Shown: piece by piece, positions 18,769 to 27,501 of the stretch
Position numbering within the stretch: the stretch's first letter is position 1
Layout: each line of letters begins with the position of its first letter
Assembly (NCBI RefSeq): GCF_000284455.1
Contig: NC_017039.1
Span: 450,001 to 482,000, forward strand
DNA from: Synechocystis sp. PCC 6803 substr. PCC-P
GTDB taxonomy: Bacteria > Cyanobacteriota > Cyanobacteriia > Cyanobacteriales > Microcystaceae
DNA: 32,000 bases
Direction of reading: 5' to 3'
Position numbers and translations under genes: made by a program
The notes under the pieces: model-generated
Database searches by the model: none
Told to the model about the DNA's origin: nothing
Seen by the model: only the letters and a program-made list of their open reading frames with translations

Positions 18769-19102
18769 GGTGTTTAAGGATGATTGACAAAGTAACTGTA
18801 ACTGGATTTGAGATCCGGAAATAACAGTTCCTTCGTCATTACTCTGTTTAATTTGAAACAAATCCAAATACTCAAGGATTCATTCTCCTTCATCAAATTT
18901 GCGATCAAAATCCTTAGACTTCATGTATTTTAATACAGGGCTATACATATAGTGATTGGCTACTAGTACTGTCCATTGTCAGTTTTACCTAAAGTAGTTT
19001 GCTCAGGAACAGTTCTAAATCATCGAGTACTTCGTTCTTTTGGATATACTCATTGCCTTCAGTTTGATGATCCAGATAAAAACTTAACGCATCAAACACT
19101 TT

Positions 19103-19633
19103 CTAAAAAGGTAGTCGACCTAACATGGCCGTCAACCCTTCCACTTGTTGGTACAATTCCATCAGGCGATCACCGTTGACGTGGAGTTCTGGGGTGGGAT
19201 AATTTTCCAACACTTCGATCAGTCGTACCTGATTGTCTTTTTCTGCAGAGCTGATAATAGCTCCCCGCAGAGCTTCTTTATTGTCCCGCTTAGAAGGGGT
19301 GTGGATTACCTGACCCACCTGATTGAGCACATATTCCCCGGCAAAACTGTTGAGCACCCGGGAGAGGGTAACTGGATCTGCCTGAAACGGTCGATTGAGC
19401 CAACCCCGCAATTCTTCAGGGTTTTTATTGGCCATTTTTAAATAGGCTTTGAGGGAGGGGGACACTTTCCCAGTGCGGCTCAACTCCCCTAACTCCTCAA
19501 TGGAGATGGATTCTCGCAAAACACTATAGGTCAGCACCACCCGTTCCGCTGCAGCCAGGGGAAGAGTTCCAGCACCAGCCAACAGGCTAGCAAACATTAA
19601 ACTTAAACAAAAGTGAGGAAAACGCACATTCAT
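19103..19633 (-). CDS. Secreted/periplasmic protein (DUF1400-like)
   Basis: The probable start is the ATG at 19633, giving a signal peptide MNVRFPHFCLSLMFASLLAGAGTLPLAAA. The family name is from memory of sll1507. Confidence 0.6.
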   Translation of the reverse strand: MNVRFPHFCLSLMFASLLAGAGTLPLAAAERVVLTYSVLRESISIEELGELSRTGKVSPSLKAYLKMANKNPEELRGWLNRPFQADPVTLSRVLNSFAGEYVLNQVGQVIHTPSKRDNKEALRGAIISSAEKDNQVRLIEVLENYPTPELHVNGDRLMELYQQVEGLTAMLGRLPF

Positions 19634-19693
19634 AACCACTAAATCCACATATCGACAAAAAATCTTCTCTCTATACTAGAAGAATAATTTTTA

Positions 19694-21016
19694 ATGATTG
19701 TCGCCTCCGAGGGCAGTGGAATGAGTGTCGCCTTTAATCCCCAAATTATGACCGCTGTGGAGCAGTTGGACTATGTAGTCACGGTGGGGGACGTGGCCAG
19801 CCAGGCTGGATTAGAAATTAACCAAACCCAACAGGGGTTGCTGACTTTGGCGTCGGAGGTGGAGGGCCATCTCCAGGTGGCGGAGTCGGGGGAAATTGTG
19901 TTTGCTTTTCCCAAGCAGTTCCGGACAATTCTCCGCAATAAGTATTGGCGTTTACGGTTCCAGAGTTGGCTCCAAAGCATTTGGCAGGTGTTGTTTTACC
20001 TGATCCGCATTTCCTTTGGCATTATCCTTATCCTTTCTATCCTGTTGATGTTAGTGGCCATCATTGCCATTATCATCGCGGTCAATTCCAAGTCCGATAA
20101 CGATAACGATGGGGGTTTTAAATTTTCCGGTGACGGTAACCGTGGTGGGGGTGGGGGAATATTTTTCTGGCCGGGGGACATTTTCTGGCTCCTTAGCCCC
20201 GATGGTGGCCGGCAAAAACGGGATAAGAAAAGGTCTGATAAAAATAAAAACGAGCTTAATTTCCTCGAAGCCATTTTCTCGTTTCTATTTGGAGACGGTA
20301 ACCCCAATGAGGATTTGGAAGAAAAACGCTGGCAAACCCTGGGTAGTTTAATTCGCCATAACGGTGGGGCGATCGCCGCTGAACAGGCGGCCCCCTATTT
20401 GGATAATGTGACCAAATTCAATCGGGACAATGAGGACTACATAATTCCTGTGCTAGCCCGCTTTAATGGTTATCCCCAAGTTTCCCCCAGCGGCGAATTA
20501 ATTTACACTTTCCCCAACCTACAAGTCAGTGCCCAGGAGCGCCAATCAACCACTTTGAGTGCTTACCTGCGGGAAAAACCCTGGAAATTTAGCCAAGCTT
20601 CCTCCGGCCAAAAAATAGCGGCGATCGCCTTGGGGGGAGTTAACCTAATTTTGGCCTTAAGTTTGGGGGTAATGCTGAAAACCTACGGCGCTGAGTTGGA
20701 TTTGGGGACACTGGTTTATTTCGTCCAGAGCATTTACGGCGTTCTGGTGACCTATGCAATCGGTTTCTTGGCTATTCCCCTAGTGAGATATTTCTGGCTG
20801 CAAGAACGCAATCAAAAACTAGAACAACGCAACGGCGATCGGCAACAGCGGGCCAAACTTCTGCAACCGCCCTCCCCTCCCCTCAAAGCTAAACTAGAAT
20901 TTGCCCAGGAGTGGGCCACTAGCACCGTCATTACTCCGGCGGACATCACCTACCGCACCGACCAAGACTCCCTGGAGCAGGAGTTTAAACGCTTTACCCC
21001 AACCCAGGGGGACTAA
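19694..21016 (+). CDS. Conserved hypothetical membrane protein with a Gly-rich / Lys-rich linker
   Basis: 440-aa ORF. A soluble N-terminal domain is followed by a transmembrane block, a low-complexity GGFKFSGDGNRGGGGG...RQKRDKKRSDKNKNE segment, a second soluble domain and two C-terminal transmembrane helices. The start may be the internal ATG at 19721. Confidence 0.6.
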   Translation: MIVASEGSGMSVAFNPQIMTAVEQLDYVVTVGDVASQAGLEINQTQQGLLTLASEVEGHLQVAESGEIVFAFPKQFRTILRNKYWRLRFQSWLQSIWQVLFYLIRISFGIILILSILLMLVAIIAIIIAVNSKSDNDNDGGFKFSGDGNRGGGGGIFFWPGDIFWLLSPDGGRQKRDKKRSDKNKNELNFLEAIFSFLFGDGNPNEDLEEKRWQTLGSLIRHNGGAIAAEQAAPYLDNVTKFNRDNEDYIIPVLARFNGYPQVSPSGELIYTFPNLQVSAQERQSTTLSAYLREKPWKFSQASSGQKIAAIALGGVNLILALSLGVMLKTYGAELDLGTLVYFVQSIYGVLVTYAIGFLAIPLVRYFWLQERNQKLEQRNGDRQQRAKLLQPPSPPLKAKLEFAQEWATSTVITPADITYRTDQDSLEQEFKRFTPTQGD

Positions 21017-21181
21017 CAGTTGACCAACAGTTACAAAGCCTCTATCCTTAGCATTTTTTCGCTACAGTGGCCAATTGTTTCTGAGAAGCGTTAACATAAG
21101 TTAACAACTGTTTATTATCCACTCCATCCATTGCTAACCGGTGGAATATGATAACTACACTCACTATTGGAGAGTTCTAGC

Positions 21182-23032
21182 GTGAGCAAAAATAATAAAA
21201 AATGGCGTAACGCGGGCCTATATGCCTTGTTGTTAATTGTCGTTTTAGCGTTGGCATCGGCCTTTTTCGACCGACCGACCCAAACTAGGGAAACCCTCAG
21301 CTACAGCGATTTTGTCAATCGGGTAGAAGCCAATCAGATCGAACGGGTCAACCTCAGTGCCGACCGCACCCAAGCCCAAGTACCCAATCCCAGCGGTGGT
21401 CCTCCCTACTTAGTCAATCTGCCCAACGACCCCGACTTGATCAATATTCTCACCCAACACAACGTGGATATTGCTGTCCAACCCCAGAGCGACGAAGGTT
21501 TCTGGTTCCGCATCGCCAGCACCCTATTTTTGCCCATCTTGCTCTTGGTGGGAATTTTTTTCCTCTTCCGTCGGGCCCAGAGTGGCCCTGGTTCCCAAGC
21601 CATGAACTTTGGTAAATCCAAAGCACGGGTGCAAATGGAACCCCAAACCCAAGTTACCTTCGGGGACGTGGCCGGTATTGAGCAAGCCAAACTAGAACTC
21701 ACCGAAGTGGTGGACTTCCTGAAAAATGCAGACCGCTTCACCGAATTGGGAGCCAAAATTCCCAAGGGTGTTTTGTTGGTAGGCCCCCCCGGAACCGGTA
21801 AAACCCTGTTGGCCAAAGCCGTGGCTGGGGAAGCGGGTGTACCGTTCTTTTCCATCTCCGGTTCGGAATTTGTGGAAATGTTTGTCGGTGTTGGTGCTTC
21901 TCGGGTACGGGATTTGTTTGAGCAGGCTAAAGCCAATGCTCCCTGTATCGTCTTCATCGATGAAATTGATGCCGTTGGTCGTCAACGGGGCGCTGGCCTT
22001 GGTGGTGGTAATGATGAGCGGGAACAGACCCTCAACCAGTTGCTAACGGAAATGGACGGTTTTGAAGGCAACACCGGCATTATTATCGTCGCCGCCACTA
22101 ACCGTCCCGATGTATTGGATTCTGCCTTGATGCGTCCCGGTCGTTTCGATCGCCAAGTGGTAGTAGACCGTCCTGATTATGCTGGCCGTCGAGAAATCCT
22201 CAATGTCCATGCCCGGGGTAAAACCCTTTCCCAGGATGTGGATTTGGATAAAATTGCCCGTCGTACCCCTGGATTTACCGGTGCTGACCTGTCCAACCTG
22301 TTGAACGAAGCCGCTATTTTGGCTGCCCGTCGCAACTTGACCGAAATTTCCATGGACGAAGTCAACGACGCCATTGACCGGGTGTTGGCTGGTCCTGAGA
22401 AGAAAAATCGGGTGATGAGCGAAAAACGCAAAACCCTAGTGGCTTACCATGAAGCTGGCCACGCCTTGGTGGGTGCTTTGATGCCTGATTATGATCCAGT
22501 ACAAAAAATTAGCATTATTCCCCGCGGCCGGGCCGGTGGTTTAACCTGGTTCACCCCCAGTGAAGACCGTATGGAATCCGGTTTATACTCCCGTTCCTAT
22601 CTGCAAAATCAGATGGCCGTTGCCCTGGGAGGCCGTATTGCTGAGGAAATTATTTTCGGCGAAGAGGAAGTCACCACCGGTGCTTCCAACGACCTCCAAC
22701 AGGTAGCCCGGGTCGCCCGCCAAATGGTAACCCGTTTCGGCATGAGCGATCGCCTGGGCCCGGTAGCTTTGGGTCGTCAGGGTGGTGGGGTATTCCTTGG
22801 TCGGGACATTGCCTCTGACCGGGACTTTTCCGATGAAACCGCTGCGGCGATCGATGAGGAAGTAAGTCAATTGGTAGACCAAGCCTATCAACGGGCCAAA
22901 CAGGTCTTGGTGGAAAACCGTGGCATTTTAGATCAACTGGCAGAAATCTTGGTAGAAAAGGAAACTGTTGATTCTGAAGAGCTGCAAACTCTCCTGGCTA
23001 ACAACAATGCCAAATTGGCACTTCTAGTTTAA
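21182..23032 (+). CDS. ftsH: ATP-dependent zinc metalloprotease FtsH
   Basis: Walker A GPPGTGKT, Walker B IVFIDEID, the SRH region, and the zinc motif HEAGHA are all present. A GTG at 21182 gives 616 aa, as I recall for slr1604 (FtsH3). The track ORF starts at a TTG at 21167. Confidence 0.95.
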   Translation: MSKNNKKWRNAGLYALLLIVVLALASAFFDRPTQTRETLSYSDFVNRVEANQIERVNLSADRTQAQVPNPSGGPPYLVNLPNDPDLINILTQHNVDIAVQPQSDEGFWFRIASTLFLPILLLVGIFFLFRRAQSGPGSQAMNFGKSKARVQMEPQTQVTFGDVAGIEQAKLELTEVVDFLKNADRFTELGAKIPKGVLLVGPPGTGKTLLAKAVAGEAGVPFFSISGSEFVEMFVGVGASRVRDLFEQAKANAPCIVFIDEIDAVGRQRGAGLGGGNDEREQTLNQLLTEMDGFEGNTGIIIVAATNRPDVLDSALMRPGRFDRQVVVDRPDYAGRREILNVHARGKTLSQDVDLDKIARRTPGFTGADLSNLLNEAAILAARRNLTEISMDEVNDAIDRVLAGPEKKNRVMSEKRKTLVAYHEAGHALVGALMPDYDPVQKISIIPRGRAGGLTWFTPSEDRMESGLYSRSYLQNQMAVALGGRIAEEIIFGEEEVTTGASNDLQQVARVARQMVTRFGMSDRLGPVALGRQGGGVFLGRDIASDRDFSDETAAAIDEEVSQLVDQAYQRAKQVLVENRGILDQLAEILVEKETVDSEELQTLLANNNAKLALLV

Positions 23033-23079
23033 GAATCCAAGCATTGGAATTCCTAGAGTTAAAACTCTGATCAAAACAT

Positions 23080-23114
23080 TATCCCCTTCCTGATTTACAG
23101 GGGGGGATTTTTTT
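23080..23114 (+). terminator. Intrinsic terminator after ftsH
   Basis: ATCCCC (23080-23085) pairs with GGGGAT (23103-23108), followed by a run of 7 T (23108-23114). Confidence 0.65.
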
Positions 23115-23126
23115 GTGGGCCATTAA

Positions 23127-23854
23127 GAGCGTGTTTGAAAAGTCGGCATAATTGGGAAAAATGGTGAAGAATACAGAATTTTCACCGTAATGATGCTGAG
23201 AGAATTTTACAGCAGCGACATCAGTGATAGCCAGTAGCAATTGGTAGAATCCAATCTCCCCCAAGCAAAAAGTGGGGGAAGAAAACGGAAAACTAATCTG
23301 AGGGAAGTGCTTAATGCCATTTTTTACATGCTCAGAGCGGGTTGTGCTTGACGACTTCTGCCCCATGATTTTCCCAAATGGCGAAGAATGGTTATTTCCG
23401 ACAGTGGTAGGAAGACGGTACCTGGAAAAAATTGAATCACATCCTCAGAAAGAAGATTCGACTTAAGGTCGGAAGAAATGCCAACCCTAGTGCTGGTTGT
23501 TTGGACTCACAGTCAGTGAAAAAGGCTGGCGCTGGACAAGAAAGTGGTTATGACGGTGGAAAAAAGGTCAATGGTCGTAAACGCACAATCCTCGTGGATA
23601 CCATGGGATTACTTCTCGATGTTGTGGTTCACAGCGCTCATCGCTCAGGCCACCAAGGTCTTACTCTACTCGGTACTTGGTTTGCTCCTCTATGGCAGTG
23701 CCTGCAATTGATATGGACTGACAGCACTTTTGGCAGTAAGAATTTTACTGCCTGGGTTAATTAATGAGACCTTTGGCTAGAATTTGGAAATCGTCAGCAA
23801 AAAGGATGGACAAAAGGGTTTTGAGGCTTTGCCTCGAACTTTTCAAACATATTC
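23127..23854 (+). mobile_element. Decayed IS5-family (IS427/IS1031-like) insertion sequence with an inactivated transposase
   Basis: Terminal inverted repeats are GAGCGTGTTTGAAAAGT (23127-23143) and ACTTTTCAAACATATTC (23838-23854), matching at 14 of 17 positions. The internal reading frames spell DDE_Tnp_1-type motifs ([73 protein letters not shown]). These are broken by TAG at 23235, TGA at 23349, a further TAG, at least one frameshift, and a C-terminal deletion. Confidence 0.8.
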
Positions 23855-23903
23855 TTAGTGCGCCAGTTAGTTGAAAGCAGCAAATCAAATTTTACCGAAT
23901 AGT

Positions 23904-24306
23904 TTATTCTGCCCAGTTTTCCAAGAATAAATTGTTAATGCGTGAAAATTCTCGAAGATTATTGGTGACAAGCGTTACTCCCAGACTTAACGCATGGGCT
24001 GCAATCAGCATATCCATAGCCCCAATGACAAGACCTCTACTTTCTAGATTACTTCTAATGTTGCCATAGGCGATCGCCGCTTCCTGAATTAAATTCCACG
24101 ATTTCTAGCGGCATCAAGAATTGCATTAAGGCATCACGATTTTTCGATTGTTGTTGACTTTTACTGACACCATATTCTAATTCCGCCACGGTAATGGATG
24201 AAATACCAATGTCTGATATCTCCAGGGTTTGAAATTTTGCCAAGACTTTAAACGGTTTCTTCTTAATGAGATAAATGCAAATATTCGTATCTAGTAAATA
24301 CTTCAT
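23904..24306 (-). pseudogene. vapC: PIN-domain toxin VapC, disrupted by a +1 frameshift
   Basis: The N-terminal frame reads MKYLLDTNICIYLIKKKP...LEIVEFNS and then stops at 24055. A shifted frame continues EAAIAYGNIRSNLESRGLVIGAMDMLIAAHALSLGVTLVTNNLREFSRINNLFLENWAE*. The total length is 403 nt (3n+1). The extra base lies in the CC run at 24073-24074. Confidence 0.8.
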
Positions 24307-24534
24307 TTAGAACTCTTCTCGTATATCTAAGGGAGGCTGTTCCCTAGTTTTCATAAAATCATCTGAAAATTGATCTAAGCTTTCAATTAAGGATTGCCAA
24401 GGGTTATTTTTAGCAATCAAAATAATTGTACTTCCAATTTTTTTAATGTAAACTTCGCTTCCGGCTATCGTAAAGTTTTCTGGTAAAATAACGATTTGAT
24501 GGGTGCCATCGGTGCTAATTTGAGCTGTGTTCAT
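24307..24534 (-). CDS. vapB: AbrB/SpoVT-type antitoxin VapB
   Basis: The 75-aa product from the ATG at 24534 (MNTAQISTDGTHQIVILPENF...) has a swapped-hairpin AbrB-like N-terminus. Its stop codon directly abuts the vapC ATG (TAAATG). Confidence 0.75.
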   Translation of the reverse strand: MNTAQISTDGTHQIVILPENFTIAGSEVYIKKIGSTIILIAKNNPWQSLIESLDQFSDDFMKTREQPPLDIREEF

Positions 24535-24612
24535 GACGTTGCCTCTAGGATAAGTAAGGGGGAAGAGTTGGCGATCGCCGAAAGATCGACTTTTCTTTTT
24601 TGACAAGTTAAA

Positions 24613-24894
24613 TTAATAGACTTCATCATGGGAACCTAAATTAAGTAATAAAATTGCCTCTTCCTTGTCTTCTGGGTTGTTTACAAATTCAAATAGCAGA
24701 CGATAATTATAGTCGATAGAGCATGACCAAACGTTAGCTAGTTCTCCTTTGAGTTTATGGGTGCGTAGGCTAGGGTGAAAAGGATCTGTTGCCAACTGAT
24801 GTAATATTTGTTCAATCATCGGTCTCAGATTAGGATTTTTGGGAATCAGGCGCTTGAATGAACGTAATGATTTTGGAGACCAGGCAATTTTCAT
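24613..24894 (-). CDS. RelE/YafQ-family mRNA-interferase toxin
   Basis: 93-aa ORF with the HKLKGELANVWSCSIDYNYRLLFEF...LLLNLGSHDEVY pattern typical of RelE/YafQ toxins. Its ATG overlaps the upstream antitoxin stop (ATGA). Confidence 0.75.
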   Translation of the reverse strand: MKIAWSPKSLRSFKRLIPKNPNLRPMIEQILHQLATDPFHPSLRTHKLKGELANVWSCSIDYNYRLLFEFVNNPEDKEEAILLLNLGSHDEVY

Positions 24895-25109
24895 TCTTGA
24901 TCGAGCGCTTCCAAAAATTGATTTACTGAACCAAACTGAACATCACCGTTAGCAAATTCTTGGCGAATTTCTTTGATTTCCTCGGCTAATTTTTTTCTTC
25001 TTTTTTCTTGCAATCGTTTTTGAATAATATCAAGTAAGATTTCTTGATCATCTAGGGGTAGATTTTCAACGGATTCAATGGCTTTTTGAAATTCTGATGT
25101 TTTTAGCAT
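24891..25109 (-). CDS. Cognate antitoxin of the RelE/YafQ-like toxin (small acidic/basic helical protein)
   Basis: 72-aa ORF with a 4-nt overlap onto the toxin gene. It has a charged helical sequence. The call is based on position and size. Confidence 0.6.
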   Translation of the reverse strand: MLKTSEFQKAIESVENLPLDDQEILLDIIQKRLQEKRRKKLAEEIKEIRQEFANGDVQFGSVNQFLEALDQE

Positions 25110-25211
25110 TGTAGTTTGACGGAATTTATTTAAGGTTTTAACTACGTGAAAGAGGATTGGCGATCGCCAAAAAATCAGCTATGGGGCACTCCGGTTAGTT
25201 GGAAAGAGTAT

Positions 25212-25547
25212 TTACATGTTTTCTAACAGAGAGTCGAATAGATAGGCTAATTCTGGTAGTTTGTTCTCAATTACATCCCAGATTATATCCAGATCAAGTT
25301 GATCATATTCGTGAACAATAACATCTCGCATTCCTGCCATTTCCCGCCAAGGTATTGCTGGATGTTGACTGCGGAAGTCTGGAGAAATTCGCTTTGTTGC
25401 TTCGCCAATAATCGTAATTTGATAGAGAATGGCTGATAATTTCTCATCGTTAATTTCTAGTTGTACTTTATCAATTTCATTCGTATAGCGCAAAATGCGT
25501 CTAATGGCATTGGCAATATCAATAAGGGATTCTTGATTACGTTGCAT
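25212..25547 (-). CDS. hepT: HepT (DUF86, HEPN-domain) RNase toxin
   Basis: 111-aa ORF with the HEPN R-x4-H motif in MRDVIVHEY. It overlaps the upstream mntA gene by 11 nt. Confidence 0.8.
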   Translation of the reverse strand: MQRNQESLIDIANAIRRILRYTNEIDKVQLEINDEKLSAILYQITIIGEATKRISPDFRSQHPAIPWREMAGMRDVIVHEYDQLDLDIIWDVIENKLPELAYLFDSLLENM

Positions 25548-25845
25548 AGATAATTTGGGCAGATTCTAAAATGTTTTTACGTCTGAGCCAGTTTTCACTC
25601 CGATTGATTGCACTTTTGACAATTAAATCGACAGGACGTTGAAATATTTCTTGCAGTTCATCTCGCATCTGTATGGTTTCTGTTAAACCACGTTTTGCAG
25701 TAGGCGCAAATTCAATGAGTATGTCAATGTCGCTGTCTGAATGAAAGTTTGGACGTAGGATGGAACCAAATAAAGCAAATTCTTTGACCTGCCATTTGTG
25801 ACAAAATTGACGAATTTGCTCCATCGGTAAATTTGTTGTTTCCAT
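25537..25845 (-). CDS. mntA: MntA minimal nucleotidyltransferase antitoxin
   Basis: 102-aa ORF with the GS...DxD nucleotidyltransferase signature (LFGSILRPNFHSDSDIDILIEF). Confidence 0.8.
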   Translation of the reverse strand: METTNLPMEQIRQFCHKWQVKEFALFGSILRPNFHSDSDIDILIEFAPTAKRGLTETIQMRDELQEIFQRPVDLIVKSAINRSENWLRRKNILESAQIIYAT

Positions 25846-25974
25846 AATCCTGACGATTTCTGTTTGAGCTATTTAAGTTTGTTTGTGTGTTTCAATGGAT
25901 CTCGAAGGAAAGGAAAATTGTATAAGCTTTTCCTATTTAGCTAGAGTGACAATCAAAGAGCATTTTTTAATTTT

Positions 25975-27501
25975 CTATCTTTTGAAAATGGCGAATCGCT
26001 CGGCTAGTGTTTTATCTCGGCAAGCTCTCGGTTTAGTAAATAGCTTAAAATCTGTATCTTTAAATAATTCCTGCTTACTTGTCACAATAGATTTGTAAAA
26101 TACATTTTCTTTGATTTTTTCGTTCTTAATAATACTGTCAAAATCTTCATTTTGAAAGCCAAGAGATATATAACGACAGAAAAATACCAACCAAACGATC
26201 TCAAAAACGGATGACATTTTCGATGCTCTGTCTAATTCATCCTTAATTGTTTCCCTAAGAAAATCCTTAAGTCCTTGATCATTTCTTTTATTTTCAATAT
26301 ATAAACGCTCAATAACTGATAAAACATGACATAGGATTTTTGTTGATTCTCGTTTTAGTAAAAACAAAAGAGAAATTGTCTTTCTGATTTCTTTTCCACG
26401 ATTTTGACTTGAATAACTAACCTTTAAATTATGTCTTTTGTCAAATAACTCTGCAATAAATTTTTCAATAATGCTAGTACCAGGGTGCTTTCGATGAATA
26501 TCTAATGCAATTAGCAAGGTATGTTCAAATTTTCTAAAAGAAATATATTTCTTTCTTCGCAATACATGAGGAAAATATGCTCGATTATGTTCTCGATAAA
26601 GCCCATCGGGAAGATTGAGAAACGATGTTTTACTTTCGTTCAATGAGAGATTATATTGAGAGAGTTGATGGGAAAGAATGTCAAGCAATTTTTTTGCATT
26701 TTCTTTCGAATTACATAATATTCTGTAATCATCTTTAAAGCGGACAGCTGCATATTCAATATGCTTGGATTCTTGGGAAAACTTACGATCAATATCTGCT
26801 AAGATAGTCTCAGCAATTAGATCAGAGAGTGCCGAACCGATGGGAATACCATTTGTTCGTCCATCATTTGAATATTGAAATAATCTATCAATTTTATTTC
26901 CAAAAAGTCTAAATTCTTTATCTTCAAGTGCTTCTTCTCTTCCATGAATGGCCCATCCAATACCATGAGTATAGATTGACGGATAGAAATTTGTAATATC
27001 GGTTTTGGCTAAAATATTAAATTTTTGACCATCTAGTATAAGGTCTTCCTCTGCCATTTCAAGCCATTCATAAATCATTCTACCTGCACGAAGAGGGCTT
27101 AAGTCTTCAAAATCTTTTTTTGAAACTGGAATAGGAAAACTGTAGGCGGCAACCTTATTTTCTGAGTGGAAAATATGGCTTAATATATTATCCCAGTTTT
27201 GATGTAAATAAAAAATAATGTCGTGATAATTCCAAGGATGCTGAACACTAAAATTTCTGTATGTTAAAGTACTTTTGGGAAATGAAACAAAAGCCACTTG
27301 ACGCTTTTTTAAATCATTAATGTTGATATTGTATGGAGTGTCTTGAAGTTTAATCTCTTTTGATACAGTAAAACTCGGTGGCAGGATATTTTCTTCGGGG
27401 AAATAACCAACATTCAGCAACCATTTTGCTATTTTATCCTTATTTACTTTCCGCACAAGAGATTCTGTTTCTCGGAAATGCTCATAGGTTGCAAACTTCA
27501 T
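25975..27501 (-). CDS. Stand-alone reverse transcriptase with a helical C-terminal extension (UG/Abi / DRT-like)
   Basis: The 508-aa ORF carries RT motifs in order: FPKSTLTYRNFSVQHP (1-2), AKTDITNFYPSI (A), NGIPIGSALSDLIAETIL (B), VRFKDDYRILC (C; the DD codons are at 26728-26733) and LSLNESKT (D). A roughly 200-aa Lys/Glu/Leu-rich tail follows. The gene is AT-rich and contains no HIP1 site. Confidence 0.85.
   Translation of the reverse strand: MKFATYEHFRETESLVRKVNKDKIAKWLLNVGYFPEENILPPSFTVSKEIKLQDTPYNININDLKKRQVAFVSFPKSTLTYRNFSVQHPWNYHDIIFYLHQNWDNILSHIFHSENKVAAYSFPIPVSKKDFEDLSPLRAGRMIYEWLEMAEEDLILDGQKFNILAKTDITNFYPSIYTHGIGWAIHGREEALEDKEFRLFGNKIDRLFQYSNDGRTNGIPIGSALSDLIAETILADIDRKFSQESKHIEYAAVRFKDDYRILCNSKENAKKLLDILSHQLSQYNLSLNESKTSFLNLPDGLYREHNRAYFPHVLRRKKYISFRKFEHTLLIALDIHRKHPGTSIIEKFIAELFDKRHNLKVSYSSQNRGKEIRKTISLLFLLKRESTKILCHVLSVIERLYIENKRNDQGLKDFLRETIKDELDRASKMSSVFEIVWLVFFCRYISLGFQNEDFDSIIKNEKIKENVFYKSIVTSKQELFKDTDFKLFTKPRACRDKTLAERFAIFKR

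Noticed and set aside
23079-23366. A 95-aa minus-strand ORF.
   Set aside because: It is the antisense shadow of the decayed IS transposase region and overlaps the ftsH terminator.
23432-23764. A 110-aa plus-strand ORF that could be called an intact small transposase gene.
   Set aside because: It is only the middle fragment of an IS5-type transposase whose N-terminal part carries in-frame stops and whose C-terminal catalytic part is deleted. It is folded into the mobile-element relic call.
25883-26098. A 71-aa plus-strand ORF overlapping the 3' end of the RT gene.
   Set aside because: It is antisense to a well-supported CDS, AT-rich and low in complexity, with no motif.
26575-26595. An R-x4-H match (RAYFPH) in the RT C-terminal region that could hint at a fused HEPN domain as in AbiA.
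   Set aside because: This is a single short pattern match directly after the palm/thumb region with no surrounding HEPN helices recognisable. It is too weak to call.
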